32,000 bases of DNA from Candidatus Saccharimonadota bacterium. GTDB lineage: Bacteria > Patescibacteriota > Gracilibacteria > Absconditabacterales > Absconditicoccaceae. Location: positions 420,001-452,000 of the forward strand of contig CP006913.1 in NCBI GenBank assembly GCA_000503875.1, given 5' to 3'. Shown here piece after piece: positions 31,395 through 32,000 of the stretch (position 1 is the first letter of the stretch; every line of letters begins with the position of its first letter). The position numbers and the translations under genes were made by a program. The notes below the pieces were generated by a model that saw only the letters and a list, made by a program, of their open reading frames with translations, made no database searches and was not told the origin of the DNA.

Positions 31395-31910
31395 CTACAA
31401 GGTAGAGTTTTTATAAATAGCAATAGAGGTAGTTGTAACTTTTAGTTTGTACTTTTCTTTTTCAAAAAGAGATAACAAATTTTCCTCTAAGGCCACAGAA
31501 TTGTTGATTAAATGAATAGTAGGCTTTATAAAAATTTTTCCTCTTTCCATTTTTGCAGCGGAAAGAAAATTGTTTTCATAAGAGCCATCTGAATCAGTAT
31601 TGTGAAATACTTTTTCAATAATTTTAGCTATTTCACTTAATGGCGGAAGTTTGATAACGATCAAAAAGCAGGTGATGTCAATTGCAGTTCCCTCAGGAAA
31701 ATGCTGTTTCAAAAGCTTTCTAAGTAGCATATTATCAAATTTCAAACAAGGTTTTGGTCTGAGATATACTTTTTCATCCGATAAAGAACAATCAGAAAAG
31801 AAATTGTTATGAAAACTTTTGTTAAAGTTCGTCTCGCTAAATGCTTTTTTAATCAGAACTACTATCTCTTCTAGAGTATAGCGGTAGAGAATAGTGTTGG
31901 AGTCTTCCAT
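31395..31910 (-). CDS. Hypothetical protein (171 aa) built from two homologous halves
   Basis: Uninterrupted ATG..TAG ORF. The halves align: EEIVVLIKKAFSETNFNKSFHNNFFSDCSLSDEKVYLRPKPCL with SEIAKIIEKVFHNTDSDGSYENNFLSAAKMERGKIFIKPTIHL. Confidence 0.65.
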   Translation of the reverse strand: MEDSNTILYRYTLEEIVVLIKKAFSETNFNKSFHNNFFSDCSLSDEKVYLRPKPCLKFDNMLLRKLLKQHFPEGTAIDITCFLIVIKLPPLSEIAKIIEKVFHNTDSDGSYENNFLSAAKMERGKIFIKPTIHLINNSVALEENLLSLFEKEKYKLKVTTTSIAIYKNSTL

Positions 31911-32000
31911 TTTTAGATTTTTTTTTGTTAGCGGGTTGTTAATATATATTTTAATACTAAAGTCAATAGATATAATTTATAAAAAAATCCCTTTATATTT

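Noticed and set aside
31395-31910. Interpreting the duplicated-domain protein as an Nfu/NifU-like Fe-S carrier because it is near sufC and has a ...L...FPEG ending.
   Set aside because: There is no CxxC motif and only vague pattern similarity. It is kept as a hypothesis to test by profile search, not as an annotation.

Overview
This is an AT-rich (about 30% GC by eye) bacterial chromosomal segment. It only makes sense if UGA is read as glycine (translation table 25, as in Gracilibacteria/BD1-5 and Absconditabacteria/SR1, both CPR lineages). The supplied standard-code ORF track breaks almost every conserved gene into pieces: mutS and gyrA into at least 6 each, plus htrA, the Kef-type antiporter, ftsX, rsmI, nusG, rplK, rplA, map, ruvC and sufC. 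In each gene the pieces are collinear, share one frame and are separated only by TGA. Those TGA codons fall on invariant glycines: the K+ channel filter TVGFGD, the HtrA catalytic motif GNSGGP, the MutS Walker A TGPNMGGKST, GyrA QGNFGSIDGD, the HhH-GPD hairpin LPGIGPYT, NusG RNTPGV and L11 NMGVEV. Conserved Trp positions remain TGG, and every gene I call ends in TAA or TAG. After re-translating by hand I call about 36 CDSs. They cover DNA maintenance (gyrA, mutS, a MutY-like glycosylase, ruvC) and translation/transcription (secE-nusG-[inserted hypothetical]-rplK-rplA, map, rsmI). The envelope set is htrA-TPR-ftsX, and the ion-transport set is a minimal K+ channel plus a CPA2/Kef antiporter with a TrkA-N domain. 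There are three nucleotide-related genes (thyA, purA, a CYTH protein), an orphan sufC, a membrane-anchored two-HKD PLD-family protein, a wHTH-nucleotidyltransferase fusion and many small secreted or membrane hypotheticals. A protein of at least 979 aa runs off the left edge; it has a peptidoglycan-binding-like motif and 94-aa tandem repeats. Beyond the recoding, several things deserve a second look. purA and the thyA-CYTH pair contain no TGA at all and may be imports from standard-code donors. A 490-bp GC-enriched intergenic region (10631-11120) has a near-consensus promoter and several hairpin/T-run elements, so it may encode ncRNA. The MutY-like glycosylase has no Fe-S cysteines and is truncated. 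An unknown gene is inserted between nusG and rplK. I saw no rRNA, tRNA, CRISPR array or recognisable mobile element.
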